64,000 bases of DNA. It comes from Deltaproteobacteria bacterium. Lineage in GTDB: Bacteria > Desulfobacterota > Desulfomonilia > UBA1062. Below, one piece after another: positions 18,681-28,598 of this stretch. The stretch is taken from assembly GCA_029547185.1 (NCBI GenBank), contig JAKPPU010000034.1, forward strand, positions 58,780 through 122,779, read 5' to 3'. The stretch's first letter is position 1. Each line of letters starts with the position of its first letter. The notes beneath the pieces were generated by a model that had not been told where the DNA came from, did no database searches, and worked only from the letters and a program-made list of their open reading frames with translations. The translations under genes and the position numbers were made by a program.

Positions 18681-19163
18681 ATGAAGGATAATGACAAAAG
18701 TGCGCTCATTGAAGGCTTGAGGTCTCGTCCATACTTCTTCGATGAGGGCATCAGATTCGGGTGCACGAGGTGCGGGGCCTGCTGTACGGGGGAGCCGGGG
18801 GTCGTCTACGTCGATGAGCACGAGATCACCGCTATTGCCGAGTACATGGAGGTTCCTCGCGATGTGTTCGTAGAGAGATGCCTCTACCTTCTCAAAAAGA
18901 GCTACAGCATCAGGGAGACCAATGACGGGAGATGCATCTTTTTCGAAAACGGATGCGCCATATATCCTGTGAGACCTCTTCAATGCGTAACATTTCCCTT
19001 CTGGTTCCAGAATATGCGCTCCCTCGATGCATGGGAGGAAGTCGCCCTGAAATGCCCCGGCATAGGAAAGGGCCGGAGGTTCTCAAAGAATGCCATCCTC
19101 GACTGCATCGGGCTGAGCTACCCCATCTACAAGGCCCTCGTGGAAGAGGTTTTCCTCAAGTAG
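18681..19163 (+). CDS. YkgJ family cysteine-cluster protein (UPF0153)
   Basis: 160 aa. CTRCGACC motif plus the later Cys residues typical of the YkgJ family. Confidence 0.8.
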   Translation: MKDNDKSALIEGLRSRPYFFDEGIRFGCTRCGACCTGEPGVVYVDEHEITAIAEYMEVPRDVFVERCLYLLKKSYSIRETNDGRCIFFENGCAIYPVRPLQCVTFPFWFQNMRSLDAWEEVALKCPGIGKGRRFSKNAILDCIGLSYPIYKALVEEVFLK

Positions 19164-19242
19164 CCCTCATCTAAGGATGCCATGCAGGAAGGATACGGTT
19201 CCGCGTATGCCGAGAGCCATTTTCCTGCCGGGAGGTAGAGCC

Positions 19243-19434
19243 GTGGGAGACGGGGAGCATACTGATTGCTCGTGGGCGCTCTGGCGCCAGGACGACAATG
19301 GAAACAGGTTTCTCGTAAGCGTCAAGGAAACGAAAGAAGAGGCGCAGAAGCTTCTGGAGTCGTACGAAAAGCGCGGCCATAAGCAGTACTACTTTATCGA
19401 GCCCCTCCCAGGGAGATACATTTTCTCCGGCTGA
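19243..19434 (+). CDS. small hypothetical protein
   Basis: The GTG at 19243 is preceded by GGAGG about 7 nt upstream. The product (...SWALWRQDDNGNRFLVSVKETKEEAQKLLESYEKRGHKQYYFIEP...) looks protein-like. No family recognised. Confidence 0.45.
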   Translation: MGDGEHTDCSWALWRQDDNGNRFLVSVKETKEEAQKLLESYEKRGHKQYYFIEPLPGRYIFSG

Positions 19435-19572
19435 TATTTAATCCATCTTTTTCAGGTACTACATCCCGATTCCTGCATCCGGCATTATCTGTCGCCAGCA
19501 GAGGCTGTTGGGTAAGAACGCCGTTTCATTATTATTGATAGAGTAAGTATTCCACGTCTCAAAGGGGGCGTC

Positions 19573-20943
19573 ATGAACCTGAAACCTCTGTTCGAACCGA
19601 AATCGATCGCAGTCATCGGGGTGTCGATGCATAACGATATGCACCCGTCGAACATCATCTTTTATAAAAATCTCTACCGCTATCCGGTGGATACATTTCC
19701 GGTGAACCCAAAGGCCGGGGTGCTCAAGGGAGAAACGGCCTATCCGAGCGTAAAGGACATACCTGAAGAGATCGACCTCGCCATTATATCTGCCCGTGCC
19801 GAGGCTGTGCCGGGCATATTTCAGAACTGTGTGGAGGCAGGGGTAAAGGGGGCTGTCGTCATATCCGGGGGGTTTGCCGAGGTCGGGAATCAGGACCTGC
19901 AGAAACGGATCGTTCAAATCGCCAAAGAGGCCGATTTCCCCTTCATCGGCCCTAACTGCCTCGGGGTCTATTCTCCCCCGTATTACGACAGCTTCTTTTT
20001 CGCCCCGGAAAGGCTGAGCATCCCGAAACAGGGAAATGTCGCGATGATCAGCCAGAGCGGAGGCCTCCTCGTGGACCAGATGATCAGCTTCTCTATCGAG
20101 GGGGTTGGTCTCTCATTGGCCGTGAGCATTGGAAACAAGGCCTATGTCCGGGAAACCGACCTGCTCGATTACCTGGCAACGGACGATCTGACAAAGGTGA
20201 TTTGCCTCTATATCGAAGGGTTCAAAGAGGATGAAGGCCGGGAGTTTCTCCTCAAGGCCAGAGAGATGGTCAAACCCGTCATCGTTCTGAAGGCAGGCAA
20301 GAGCCCGGGAGGGAGCAAGGCGGTTGCGAGCCACACAGCCTCGCTTGCCGGGGATTATCGGGTGTTTTCATCCCTGCTGGCACAGAACGGGATCATCGAG
20401 GCGGAGGACCCGACCGAGCTCATATCCTTTTGTGAGGCTTTGAGCGCCTACCAGACCCCCATAAAGGGCAACGTGAGCATCGTCACCTTGAGTGGCGGGC
20501 ACGGCGCCCTCGCATCCGACCTCTGTTACGAGTACGGGATCAATGTTCCTACCTTCAAGCCCTATCAGCAGGACATGATACGCCAGCGTCTCACACCGGC
20601 CATATCCTCCATTGCCACGTGCGTCAATCCCGTGGACCTCACCGGCACATCGACGGACGATGACTATGTCGAAGCGGCGCGGGTCATCGGGACCTTCGAA
20701 GAGGTGGACTGCCTGATCATGCTCCTCCTGCCGTATGCCCCGGGCCTGACCTCGGACCTCGGCGTACGCTTGAGCATCGCCAGCCGCCAGGTTGGGAAGC
20801 CGCTGATTGCCTACGTCCCGAGACTGGAAAAATACCGGATGCTCGTCGACGGGTTCGAGATCAACGGCGTCCCAGTCGCACACACTGTCGAGCAGGCCGT
20901 ACAGATGGCAGTTGCAATGGCAAAGTACAAAAGGACCCTGTAG
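19573..20943 (+). CDS. CoA-binding acyl-CoA synthetase (ADP-forming) alpha-subunit-like protein
   Basis: 456 aa. N-terminal CoA-binding fold (PKSIAVIGVS) and a phosphohistidine loop ASHTASLAG. No ATP-grasp beta subunit lies adjacent. Confidence 0.8.
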   Translation: MNLKPLFEPKSIAVIGVSMHNDMHPSNIIFYKNLYRYPVDTFPVNPKAGVLKGETAYPSVKDIPEEIDLAIISARAEAVPGIFQNCVEAGVKGAVVISGGFAEVGNQDLQKRIVQIAKEADFPFIGPNCLGVYSPPYYDSFFFAPERLSIPKQGNVAMISQSGGLLVDQMISFSIEGVGLSLAVSIGNKAYVRETDLLDYLATDDLTKVICLYIEGFKEDEGREFLLKAREMVKPVIVLKAGKSPGGSKAVASHTASLAGDYRVFSSLLAQNGIIEAEDPTELISFCEALSAYQTPIKGNVSIVTLSGGHGALASDLCYEYGINVPTFKPYQQDMIRQRLTPAISSIATCVNPVDLTGTSTDDDYVEAARVIGTFEEVDCLIMLLLPYAPGLTSDLGVRLSIASRQVGKPLIAYVPRLEKYRMLVDGFEINGVPVAHTVEQAVQMAVAMAKYKRTL

Positions 20944-21059
20944 GAGAAGACCTTCAAGCCGCGATCGGATAAGCATCCGTATTGCATGCTGTGAAGGTGC
21001 TTGCATAAACAGCATATCTGTGGGAGACCATTATCCGAAGAACATGAAAGGATAATGGG

Positions 21060-21713
21060 ATGCAAAGGGATAGGGCTGTCATCTTCGATCTCGACGGAAC
21101 TCTTCTCGATACCCTCGGGGACATCGCAGATTCCATGAATACCGTGCTGGGAAGGAGCGGGCTTCCTCCTCACACCAGGGAGACGTACCTGTCGTTCATA
21201 GGCGAAGGCATGGATGTCCTCGTTAGGCGTGCCCTTCCCGAAGACATGCGCGACGAGAAGACGGTCTCGCGGTTCGTCCTCTCCATGCGCGAGGAATACG
21301 ACCGGCGGTGGGCTCAAACGTCGCAGCCGTATCAGGGGGTCCCTGAGCTTCTCAGTCTGCTTACGGAAAAGGGGATACCGTTCGCCGTTCTCTCCAACAA
21401 GCTCGACTCCTTTACCAAGATAATGGTCGAGAGGTTTCTCGGCGCCTGGAGATTCTTCGACGTGCGGGGGCTCATATTCGGCATGCCCCGGAAGCCTGAT
21501 CCGGCTCTCGCCCTCGAGATAGCGTCAGACATGAAGATTCTGCCGGCAAGGATATTTTTCGTCGGGGATTCGGATATCGATGTCAAGACCGCCCTCAACG
21601 CAGGGATGACCCCTGTCGGGGTATCGTGGGGCTACCAGTCTGTCGATCGCCTCACGGCGAGCGGTGCGAAAACCATTCTCGCCAGGCCCCAGGAGCTCCT
21701 CGATCATCTGTAA
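21060..21713 (+). CDS. HAD family hydrolase (phosphoglycolate phosphatase-like)
   Basis: 217 aa. HAD motif I is VIFDLDGTLLDT, motif II is LSNK, and motif IV is GDSDIDV. Confidence 0.85.
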   Translation: MQRDRAVIFDLDGTLLDTLGDIADSMNTVLGRSGLPPHTRETYLSFIGEGMDVLVRRALPEDMRDEKTVSRFVLSMREEYDRRWAQTSQPYQGVPELLSLLTEKGIPFAVLSNKLDSFTKIMVERFLGAWRFFDVRGLIFGMPRKPDPALALEIASDMKILPARIFFVGDSDIDVKTALNAGMTPVGVSWGYQSVDRLTASGAKTILARPQELLDHL

Positions 21714-21789
21714 GGAAGCCCTGTATCGTGCAGATCCGGGCCGCCTGCACAAGGTCCGTCGGCGGACCGAACGGAGCGGGGCGTAAACG

Positions 21790-22911
21790 TCAGGCTTGGG
21801 TGGCTTCGCAGAGCGGCGGCTGCTCCACCGCGATCCTGTTCTTTCCACCTGTCTTGGCCAGATAGAGTGCCGTATCTGCCCTGCCGATGAGCGAATCGAT
21901 GGATTCGCCCGGTCTGTAGCGTGTAACCCCCACGGAGATGGTAATGCTGAAATCATCGGGAAGCCCGGGATACTTGATCTTCGAAGCCAGATCCTTGAGC
22001 CGTTCCGCACAGGCGACAGCCTCTTCCATCTCGGTATATGCAAGGATGATGACGAATTCTTCACCGCCGTAACGTGCAATGTAATCCTGGTCGCGGATAT
22101 TTTCCCTGATCTCTCTGATGAGCACCCGGAGCACCATGTCACCGGCGAGGTGCCCGTAGGTGTCGTTCACGTGCTTGAAATTGTCCAGGTCGAAGATGCA
22201 TAATGTGAAAGGCGACCTTCCGCGGTCGGCAAGCGACTTTTCCCTCTGGAGGATCTCCATCATCCGGCTCCGGTTGAAGGCTCCGGTGAGATCGTCCATT
22301 ATGGCGGACTGGCGTATCCTCTCGTTGGCATGCTCCAGCATGACATTGGTTTTGACGAGCTTCTCCCGTAAGTGATTGATGTAGCTGCCGATAAAAGAAA
22401 ACCATGAGAGAACGGAGCCGAGCACGACCCAGTAGAGGAACTCTTCACGGAGGCTCACCTTGTCCTGATGATTAATCAGGAGGAGCGCGATCACGCCGCC
22501 GTAGCCCGAGAGCGTGTACAGGGCGAGCACGATGAACTGCCAGAGTTGCAGCCTGAATACGCCGAAGATGAAGATGACCATGGCGAGCACCAGGGCAACC
22601 CCTCTGACATGCTCTGTATAGTAGGCGAAGACCATGACCCAGGAGAGCGCGAGAAGCATCTGGAGCATGGTAAGGCTCGGATCTCTGAAACGCTTGTTGA
22701 GGCCTGTGCGGAACACCGCGTAGAGAATCAGGTTGATGCCGATTATCCCGGCGAAGATCCCGATGATCCCGCTCAAGGATATCCTCGCCCACCCCTGATC
22801 ATAGCAGTAGGAAACCAGGAATATCCACATGAAGTACGATCCGAACGCCATGAAAAAACGGCGTATTCTCAATGCCTGGTTCGGATCTTCATGTGGGATA
22901 ATGCTCAACAT
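21790..22911 (-). CDS. membrane-bound diguanylate cyclase (GGDEF domain)
   Basis: 373 aa. About 6 N-terminal TM helices. Active site GGEEF with an I-site RDQD five residues upstream. Confidence 0.88.
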   Translation of the reverse strand: MLSIIPHEDPNQALRIRRFFMAFGSYFMWIFLVSYCYDQGWARISLSGIIGIFAGIIGINLILYAVFRTGLNKRFRDPSLTMLQMLLALSWVMVFAYYTEHVRGVALVLAMVIFIFGVFRLQLWQFIVLALYTLSGYGGVIALLLINHQDKVSLREEFLYWVVLGSVLSWFSFIGSYINHLREKLVKTNVMLEHANERIRQSAIMDDLTGAFNRSRMMEILQREKSLADRGRSPFTLCIFDLDNFKHVNDTYGHLAGDMVLRVLIREIRENIRDQDYIARYGGEEFVIILAYTEMEEAVACAERLKDLASKIKYPGLPDDFSITISVGVTRYRPGESIDSLIGRADTALYLAKTGGKNRIAVEQPPLCEATQA

Positions 22912-23096
22912 AAACCCTCTGACCTATTACAATATAAGCAATTATATTTATTTTAATCGGTTAATCGATAACAAAAATCGAGTATTTATTACAGAAATCA
23001 TCAGGAAATAGAATGCAATAGAAATGCCGTGTCCTTCAGGAGAAGGGTGGACGGAACCGCAGTGAGGGGAAGAGGAGGTTCCCGAGCAGGGTGCGA

Positions 23097-23486
23097 CTAT
23101 TCCTGGATATGTTCGAATCCCTGGGACAGAACGTTTTTGATATGCTTGTCCGAGATGGAGTAATAGACGTTCTTCCCGGTCTTGCGGGATTTTATGAGGC
23201 GCGAGCGGCTCAGAAGCCTGAGCTGGTGGGAGACCGCAGAGTGGTTCATGCCCAGGAGCGCTGCGATGTCACCCACGCACAATTCGGACGCCCCCAGGGC
23301 GAAGAGGATCTTTATGCGGGTAGGGTCTCCGAAGAGCTTGAAGAAGTCCGCTATCTCGTGCACGATCCGCTCGTTCCCGGGCAAGAGCTCTTTTATCCTG
23401 CTGATTCTCTGTTCGCGGATTTCAGCATCGGGCGATTCCATGGCATCCATGCCTGGAAATGTATGTCCATCCTGGCCGGTTGTCAA
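23097..23486 (-). CDS. ArsR/SmtB family transcriptional regulator
   Basis: 129 aa. FKLFGDPTRIKILFAL and ELCVGDIAALLGMNHSAVSHQLRLL (winged HTH). Divergent from the DUF554 gene. Confidence 0.88.
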   Translation of the reverse strand: MTTGQDGHTFPGMDAMESPDAEIREQRISRIKELLPGNERIVHEIADFFKLFGDPTRIKILFALGASELCVGDIAALLGMNHSAVSHQLRLLSRSRLIKSRKTGKNVYYSISDKHIKNVLSQGFEHIQE

Positions 23487-23599
23487 GAGCAGGGATCGGT
23501 GTTCAAAGCCTCATGATTGCGACATGTGTTTTTGCGATTGACCGGCCGAGCCCTGCTTCTGTAGAAGCATAAGAAGGTCTTCAAGAGAAAGGAACTTTC

Positions 23600-24274
23600 G
23601 TGACGGGCACACTCGTGAATGCATCTGCCGTGGCTGTAGGCTCGGTTCTCGGCTTGTATGCCGGGAAGCGCATCACGGAGAACATCCGGCAGACCCTCAT
23701 GCACGCCCTCGGTCTGGCTGTGGTGGTCATCGGCATGAAGATGGCTATATCGGCTCCGGATCTCATCCCCATGGTCGCCTGTCTCCTGCTCGGAGGGGTC
23801 ACCGGAGAGCTCATGCGCATCGAGGACGGCCTTGCCTGGATAGGGACCCGCCTCAAGAAAAGCTTCCGGTCAGGATCGGCCACCTTCGTGCAGGGCTTCG
23901 TCTCGGCCACGGTCCTCTTTCTTGCCGGTGCGATGACGATCGTGGGCTGTATTCAGGAGGGAACCACAGGGGATGCGAGCGTGCTCTACCTCAAGTCGCT
24001 TCTCGACGGGTTCGCTTCCCTCGCGCTCGCCTCGACCCTGGGCATGGGAGTCGCCTTTTCAGCCCTGTCCGTTCTCGTGATTCAGGGAAGCTTCACGATC
24101 ATCGCCTCCCACTTGAGCTTTCTCCAGAGCCCCGCTGTGCTGGCTGCCATCACATCCACCGGAGGAATGATCATCCTCGGCATCGGCGTCAATCTCATGG
24201 GGCTTGCAAAGATACGCGTGGGAAATCTCGTCCCTGCAATCGTCTACGCTGTCCTCTATCCCCTGGTCTTCTGA
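23600..24274 (+). CDS. DUF554 family membrane protein (YdfK/YqgA-like)
   Basis: 224 aa, polytopic. N-terminus GTLVNASAVAVGSVLG and the overall layout match my recollection of DUF554. GTG start. Confidence 0.8.
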   Translation: MTGTLVNASAVAVGSVLGLYAGKRITENIRQTLMHALGLAVVVIGMKMAISAPDLIPMVACLLLGGVTGELMRIEDGLAWIGTRLKKSFRSGSATFVQGFVSATVLFLAGAMTIVGCIQEGTTGDASVLYLKSLLDGFASLALASTLGMGVAFSALSVLVIQGSFTIIASHLSFLQSPAVLAAITSTGGMIILGIGVNLMGLAKIRVGNLVPAIVYAVLYPLVF

Positions 24275-24394
24275 GGCGGTGGTCGCTCGTGCCCCGGCAG
24301 ATTCCACCCAGGATGGAGAGCATGGTTATGGCGTTGCAAAGAGATCTCCGACTATGCTATAAAAAACAGACACGCAAAGGATAAGGTATTGCAC

Positions 24395-24952
24395 ATGAAC
24401 GATTATCTCCTGCATCCGGAAGACTGCATGCTCATGGTGGTCGACATCCAGGAGAGGCTGTATGACGCCATGGAGAAGGGCTTCCGAGAGGTATTTTTAA
24501 GAAACAGCACAATCCTTCTGGAAACAGCCGCTGCGTTCGGCATCCCGATCATCGTCTCCGAGCAGTATCCCAAGGGGCTCGGGACGACCCTCCCCGAGGT
24601 GAAGAGCCGGTTAGGCACAGCGCCCAGGTATGAGAAGCTCGCCTTCAGCTGCTGCCGGGATGCAGCCATCAAGGCCGCCCTCGACGCTTCGGCGAGAAAG
24701 AAGGTGATCGTGGCCGGAATCGAAGCGCACGTATGCGTTTTTCAGACCGTGATCGATCTGCTCGGTGCAGGATACCGGGTTACAGTGGCAGATGATGCCG
24801 TATGCTCCCGGAGGGCGAGCGACAGGAGTACCGCCCTCTTTGAGATGGGCCGCGCCGGAGCGCTCCTCTACTCGACGGAGATGATCGCGTTCGCTCTCCT
24901 TGAAAAGGCGGGAACGCCGCAGTTCAAGCAGCTCTCCCCCCTTTTCAGGTAA
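24395..24952 (+). CDS. isochorismatase family hydrolase
   Basis: MLMVVDIQ (Asp), a conserved Lys region, and GIEAHVCVFQT (catalytic Cys). The ATG at 24395 is preferred to the track TTG at 24389. Confidence 0.82.
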   Translation: MNDYLLHPEDCMLMVVDIQERLYDAMEKGFREVFLRNSTILLETAAAFGIPIIVSEQYPKGLGTTLPEVKSRLGTAPRYEKLAFSCCRDAAIKAALDASARKKVIVAGIEAHVCVFQTVIDLLGAGYRVTVADDAVCSRRASDRSTALFEMGRAGALLYSTEMIAFALLEKAGTPQFKQLSPLFR

Positions 24953-25010
24953 ATAATTCCCTGTTTGTGAAGAAATACCTGCTCATAGTAATATTCGGGC
25001 CTTGAATCTA

Positions 25011-25106
25011 TGAGCCGTGTGTGATAAAGGCTCACCAAAACACACGTCCATCAAGGAAAGCGGGATCTTGGTGTCCCTTTGGATGCATGAAAAAGGGATT
25101 GATCCC
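25011..25106 (+). promoter_or_regulatory. structured 5' leader upstream of rpsB (two hairpin modules)
   Basis: TGAGCC (25011-16) can pair with GGCTCA (25029-34), and this competes with CGTGTGT (25016-22) pairing with ACACACG (25040-46). Then a nested hairpin: GGGATC (25062-67)/GATCCC (25101-06) enclosing TCCCTTT (25074-80)/AAAGGGA (25092-98). Confidence 0.3.
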
Positions 25107-25142
25107 ATAAAGGACGGAGGAAAAACCAAGGAGGATTTTTAC

Positions 25143-26048
25143 ATGCCGGTAGTAACAATGAAGCAGCTCTTAGAGGCCGGGGTGCATTTCGGCCATCAGA
25201 CCCCGAGATGGAACCCCAAGATGAAACCGTATATCTTCGGATCCCGCAACGGAATCCATATCATCGACCTGCAAAAGACCGAAAAGCTCTTCGAGCGGGC
25301 GTGCGACTTCATCAAGGAAGTCACGGCAAACGGCGGCAAGGTGCTCTTCGTGGGAACGAAGAAGCAGGCCCAGGACGCCATCGAGGAAGAGGCCGTCAGG
25401 GTCGGTGCCTACTATGTGAATTTCCGGTGGCTCGGCGGGACGCTCACGAACTTCGAGACCATCAAGAAGAGCATCGAGAAGCTCAAATGGCTCGAGAACA
25501 TCATCGACAACGGGACCATCGAAGACTATCCGAAAAAAGAGCAGATCGCCATGAAGCGCCACAAGATGAAGCTCGAGCGGTCTCTCCACGGAATCAAGAA
25601 TATGGAGATCCTCCCGAATCTCCTCTACATCGTGGACCCTTCACGGGAATACATTGCCGTGAAAGAGGCGAGGAAGCTGGGCATCCCGATCGTAGCCATC
25701 GTAGACACGAACTGCGATCCCACCCTGATCGACTATGTCATTCCGGGAAACGACGACGCCATCAGGGCCATCAGGCTCTTCAGCTCCAAGATCGCCGATG
25801 CCGTAAATGAAGGCAGCTCCCTGTACGTGGAGAAGCTCCAGACAGAAGGAAAGGAAGAGGTCACTCCGGAAGGGGGCCCGGCCAAGGAGGAGGCTGCCGC
25901 GAAGCAGACCATGGGCAAAGGGCTTGAGGGAGAGATCGAGATTATCGTCAAAGAGGGGAAAGGCAGAAGGAGAACCAAGCCGCAGGATGAATCGCAGCCT
26001 GCAAGCTCCCGTGAAGCAGCCCTCGATGAGGATGAAGAGTTAGAGTAA
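25143..26048 (+). CDS. rpsB: 30S ribosomal protein S2
   Basis: [27 protein letters not shown] lies upstream of the ATG at 25143; the track start at 25017 is an upstream extension. Has an acidic C-terminal tail. Confidence 0.95.
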   Translation: MPVVTMKQLLEAGVHFGHQTPRWNPKMKPYIFGSRNGIHIIDLQKTEKLFERACDFIKEVTANGGKVLFVGTKKQAQDAIEEEAVRVGAYYVNFRWLGGTLTNFETIKKSIEKLKWLENIIDNGTIEDYPKKEQIAMKRHKMKLERSLHGIKNMEILPNLLYIVDPSREYIAVKEARKLGIPIVAIVDTNCDPTLIDYVIPGNDDAIRAIRLFSSKIADAVNEGSSLYVEKLQTEGKEEVTPEGGPAKEEAAAKQTMGKGLEGEIEIIVKEGKGRRRTKPQDESQPASSREAALDEDEELE

Positions 26049-26068
26049 CGGTTAAGGGGGAAAGCATC

Positions 26069-26668
26069 ATGCAGATAACATCGGAAGATGTAAAAAAGCT
26101 CAGAGAGAAAACCGGCGTAGGGATGATGGATTGCAAGAAGGCCCTTCAGGAGTGCGGCGGGGATTTCGACAAGGCCGTTGAGTTCCTGCGGAAGAAGGGC
26201 ATGGACGTCGCCAACAAACGCCAGGGAAGGACGGCATCCCAGGGCTTGGTTACCTCGTATATCCATATGGGCGGCAAGATAGGCGTGCTCGTCGAGGTGA
26301 ACTGCGAGAGCGACTTCGTCGCCAAGTCCGAGAGCTTCGTTAACTTTGCCAAGGACATTGCCATGCACATCGCTGCTGCCGCACCGGAGTGGGTGAGCAG
26401 CGAAGACGTGCCGGCAAACGTGCTCGACAAGGAAAAGGAGATCCTGCGCGAGCAGGCGCTCAAATCCGGCAAGCCCGAAAAGATCGTGGACAAGATCGTC
26501 GAGGGCAAGCTGTCGAAGTTCTACGAAGAGCGGTGCCTGCTCGATCAGCCGTTCGTGAAGGACAAGGACAAGAAGATCAAGCAGCTCCTTGACGAGATGA
26601 TGGGCAAGACCGGTGAAAAGTGCGTGATCAGGCGTTTTGCACGGTATCAGTTGGGAGAAGAGATCTAA
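26069..26668 (+). CDS. tsf: elongation factor Ts
   Basis: 199 aa. ITSEDVKKLREKTGVGMMDCKKALQECGGDFDKAVEFLRKKG is the UBA-like N-terminus. Confidence 0.95.
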   Translation: MQITSEDVKKLREKTGVGMMDCKKALQECGGDFDKAVEFLRKKGMDVANKRQGRTASQGLVTSYIHMGGKIGVLVEVNCESDFVAKSESFVNFAKDIAMHIAAAAPEWVSSEDVPANVLDKEKEILREQALKSGKPEKIVDKIVEGKLSKFYEERCLLDQPFVKDKDKKIKQLLDEMMGKTGEKCVIRRFARYQLGEEI

Positions 26669-26672
26669 CAAG

Positions 26673-27383
26673 GTGTCGGTACTCTACAGGCGTATTCTCC
26701 TCAAGCTCAGCGGCGAGGCCCTTGCCGGAAGCAGGGGATACGGATTCGACCCCGCGATCCTGGATTCGCTCGCCGGGGCCGTGGTCGATGCCGTCCGGAT
26801 GGGAGTACAGGTTTCCATCGTTGTGGGCGCCGGAAATATCTTCCGGGGCCAGGATTCCGCCATTGCAGCCGACAGGGTGAGCGCCGACCAGATGGGGATG
26901 CTCGCCACCTACATGAATGCCCTGGCGCTCAAAGGGACCTTCGAGCGGGCAGGGCTTCTGTGCACTGCCCTGGGTGCGTTTCCCATACCTACCATCGTGG
27001 ATGTCTACACCGCACAGACGGCAAGGGAGCTTCTCGACAAAGGGGAAGTCGTCATCTTCGGCGGGGGTACGGGCTGTCCGTATTTCACCACCGACACGGC
27101 CGCTGCGCTGCGTGCGCTGGAAATCCAGGCAGACGTTCTCGTGAAGGCCACCAAAGTCGACGGCATCTACGACAAAGACCCGGTGAAACATAAAGACGCC
27201 GTCTTCTATCCCGAACTCACCTACGACCAGGTGCTGCGGATGGACCTCAAGGTAATGGATCTGACAGCCATCAGCCTCTGCCGCGACAACGATCTCACCG
27301 TCCGGGTGATCAGCATCAGAAACCCGAACAACCTCATCAGAATGCTCATGGGAGAAAAGATCGGCTCAATCGTGACGGCATAG
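26673..27383 (+). CDS. pyrH: UMP kinase
   Basis: YRRILLKLSGEAL and VVGAGNIFRG motifs. The GTG at 26673 is chosen to avoid the overlap with tsf; the track ORF starts at 26637. Confidence 0.93.
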   Translation: MSVLYRRILLKLSGEALAGSRGYGFDPAILDSLAGAVVDAVRMGVQVSIVVGAGNIFRGQDSAIAADRVSADQMGMLATYMNALALKGTFERAGLLCTALGAFPIPTIVDVYTAQTARELLDKGEVVIFGGGTGCPYFTTDTAAALRALEIQADVLVKATKVDGIYDKDPVKHKDAVFYPELTYDQVLRMDLKVMDLTAISLCRDNDLTVRVISIRNPNNLIRMLMGEKIGSIVTA

Positions 27384-27396
27384 GGGGACGTAAAGA

Positions 27397-27954
27397 ATGA
27401 TCAATGACGTGATGGATGAACTGAAAAAGGACATGGAGAAGACGATAAGCGCCATGAAGCTCGCCCTGCAGAAGGTGAGAACGGGAAGGGCTTCCATCGG
27501 AATCCTCGACGGCATCATGGTGGATTATTACGGGACCATGACCCCTCTCAAGCAGCTGGCGACGCTGGCGGTCCCCGAGCCCAGGCTCATCACCATCCAG
27601 CCCTGGGACAAAGGGGCCATCACGGCGATTGAAAAGGCCATCATGAAATCAGAGCTCGGCCTCACTCCTGCCAATGACGGCAAGATCATCCGGGTGCCCA
27701 TCCCTCCTCTGAACGAGGAGAGGCGCCGCGACCTCGTGAAGATGGTCAAGAAGATGGCCGAGGAGTACCGGGTCGAAATCCGCAACCACCGCAGGGACGC
27801 CAACGCGATGCTCAAGGATCTCGAGAAGGAAAAGGAGATCAGCCAGGATGAGCTGAAGTCCGGACAGGACAAGGTCCAGGAGCTCACGGACGGCTATATC
27901 AAGAAGGTCGACTCGATGCTTTCCGAAAAAGAGAAAGAGATCATGGAAGTCTGA
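27397..27954 (+). CDS. frr: ribosome recycling factor
   Basis: 185 aa. RTGRASIGILDGIMVDYYG and IRVPIPPLNEERRRDLVK. Confidence 0.95.
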   Translation: MINDVMDELKKDMEKTISAMKLALQKVRTGRASIGILDGIMVDYYGTMTPLKQLATLAVPEPRLITIQPWDKGAITAIEKAIMKSELGLTPANDGKIIRVPIPPLNEERRRDLVKMVKKMAEEYRVEIRNHRRDANAMLKDLEKEKEISQDELKSGQDKVQELTDGYIKKVDSMLSEKEKEIMEV

Positions 27955-28014
27955 GGTCAGCACTGCAAGTTTCACCACAAGAGACGCTATGAGGCATTCC
28001 GGAGTACGGACCGT

Positions 28015-28584
28015 ATGAAACTGAAAAAACAAGGTCGGTCAAGGCTTGCCCAAGGAGGTTCACCTTTGGATTCCAAAGAAAACGACAACAACAAGTCTTC
28101 ACGGTTCATGATGTATTTCAAGCCCCAGAACTTGAGCGAGCTCAGGGTCATCTCGCGGATGCTCAGCATTGCCATGGTGGACTTCGTGTGCGCAGCCCTG
28201 GGCGCCTATGTCTTCAAAAAAGAAAACGAGTACGGGGGCAGCATCCCGTCGCGCAACAAGAAGCGGTACGTGGGCCCCAGGACGGACACGTCGGAAAAGC
28301 GGATCCGCTACGTCATGCGGCTCGACAAGGATACGGTGGAAAAGATACGGGACATTGCGTGCCGCGACAACCGGAGATTCACCCATGTGTGCGACGATGC
28401 CCTGGCCAACTTCATTCAATTTACGAAGCAGGAAAAGAACTTCAAGAACATGTGGATTTCCCGGTCTGATGTGGAGGCTGTGCGGGGCAGGAAGAGCATG
28501 AAGTCATCTCAGGAAATCGAGACCCTGCTCGCGCAGTACAAGAACTTCGAAAAGGCTTTACACCTAGGGCGGTCAGAGAAATAG
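28015..28584 (+). CDS. hypothetical protein with two apparent ribbon-helix-helix-like units
   Basis: 189 aa. Two beta-strand/helix/helix patterns: RFMMYFKPQNLSELRVISRMLSIAMVDFVCAALGAYV and IRYVMRLDKDTVEKIRDIACRDNRRFTHVCDDALANFI. Fold assignment is inference only. Confidence 0.5.
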   Translation: MKLKKQGRSRLAQGGSPLDSKENDNNKSSRFMMYFKPQNLSELRVISRMLSIAMVDFVCAALGAYVFKKENEYGGSIPSRNKKRYVGPRTDTSEKRIRYVMRLDKDTVEKIRDIACRDNRRFTHVCDDALANFIQFTKQEKNFKNMWISRSDVEAVRGRKSMKSSQEIETLLAQYKNFEKALHLGRSEK

Positions 28585-28598
28585 ATCGACATAACGTT

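Noticed and set aside
25017-25142. N-terminal extensions offered by the ORF track: rpsB from 25017, and likewise pssA from 54457, ecfT from 58188, pqiC from 59458, dapL from 42075, ferredoxin to 18571 and pyrH from 26637
   Set aside because: In each case an internal start restores the family-typical N-terminus, has a better Shine-Dalgarno sequence, or removes an implausible overlap with the upstream gene.
25733-26671. A 312-aa minus-strand ORF across rpsB and tsf
   Set aside because: It is antisense to two universally conserved ribosomal/translation genes and has low-complexity, shadow-like text.
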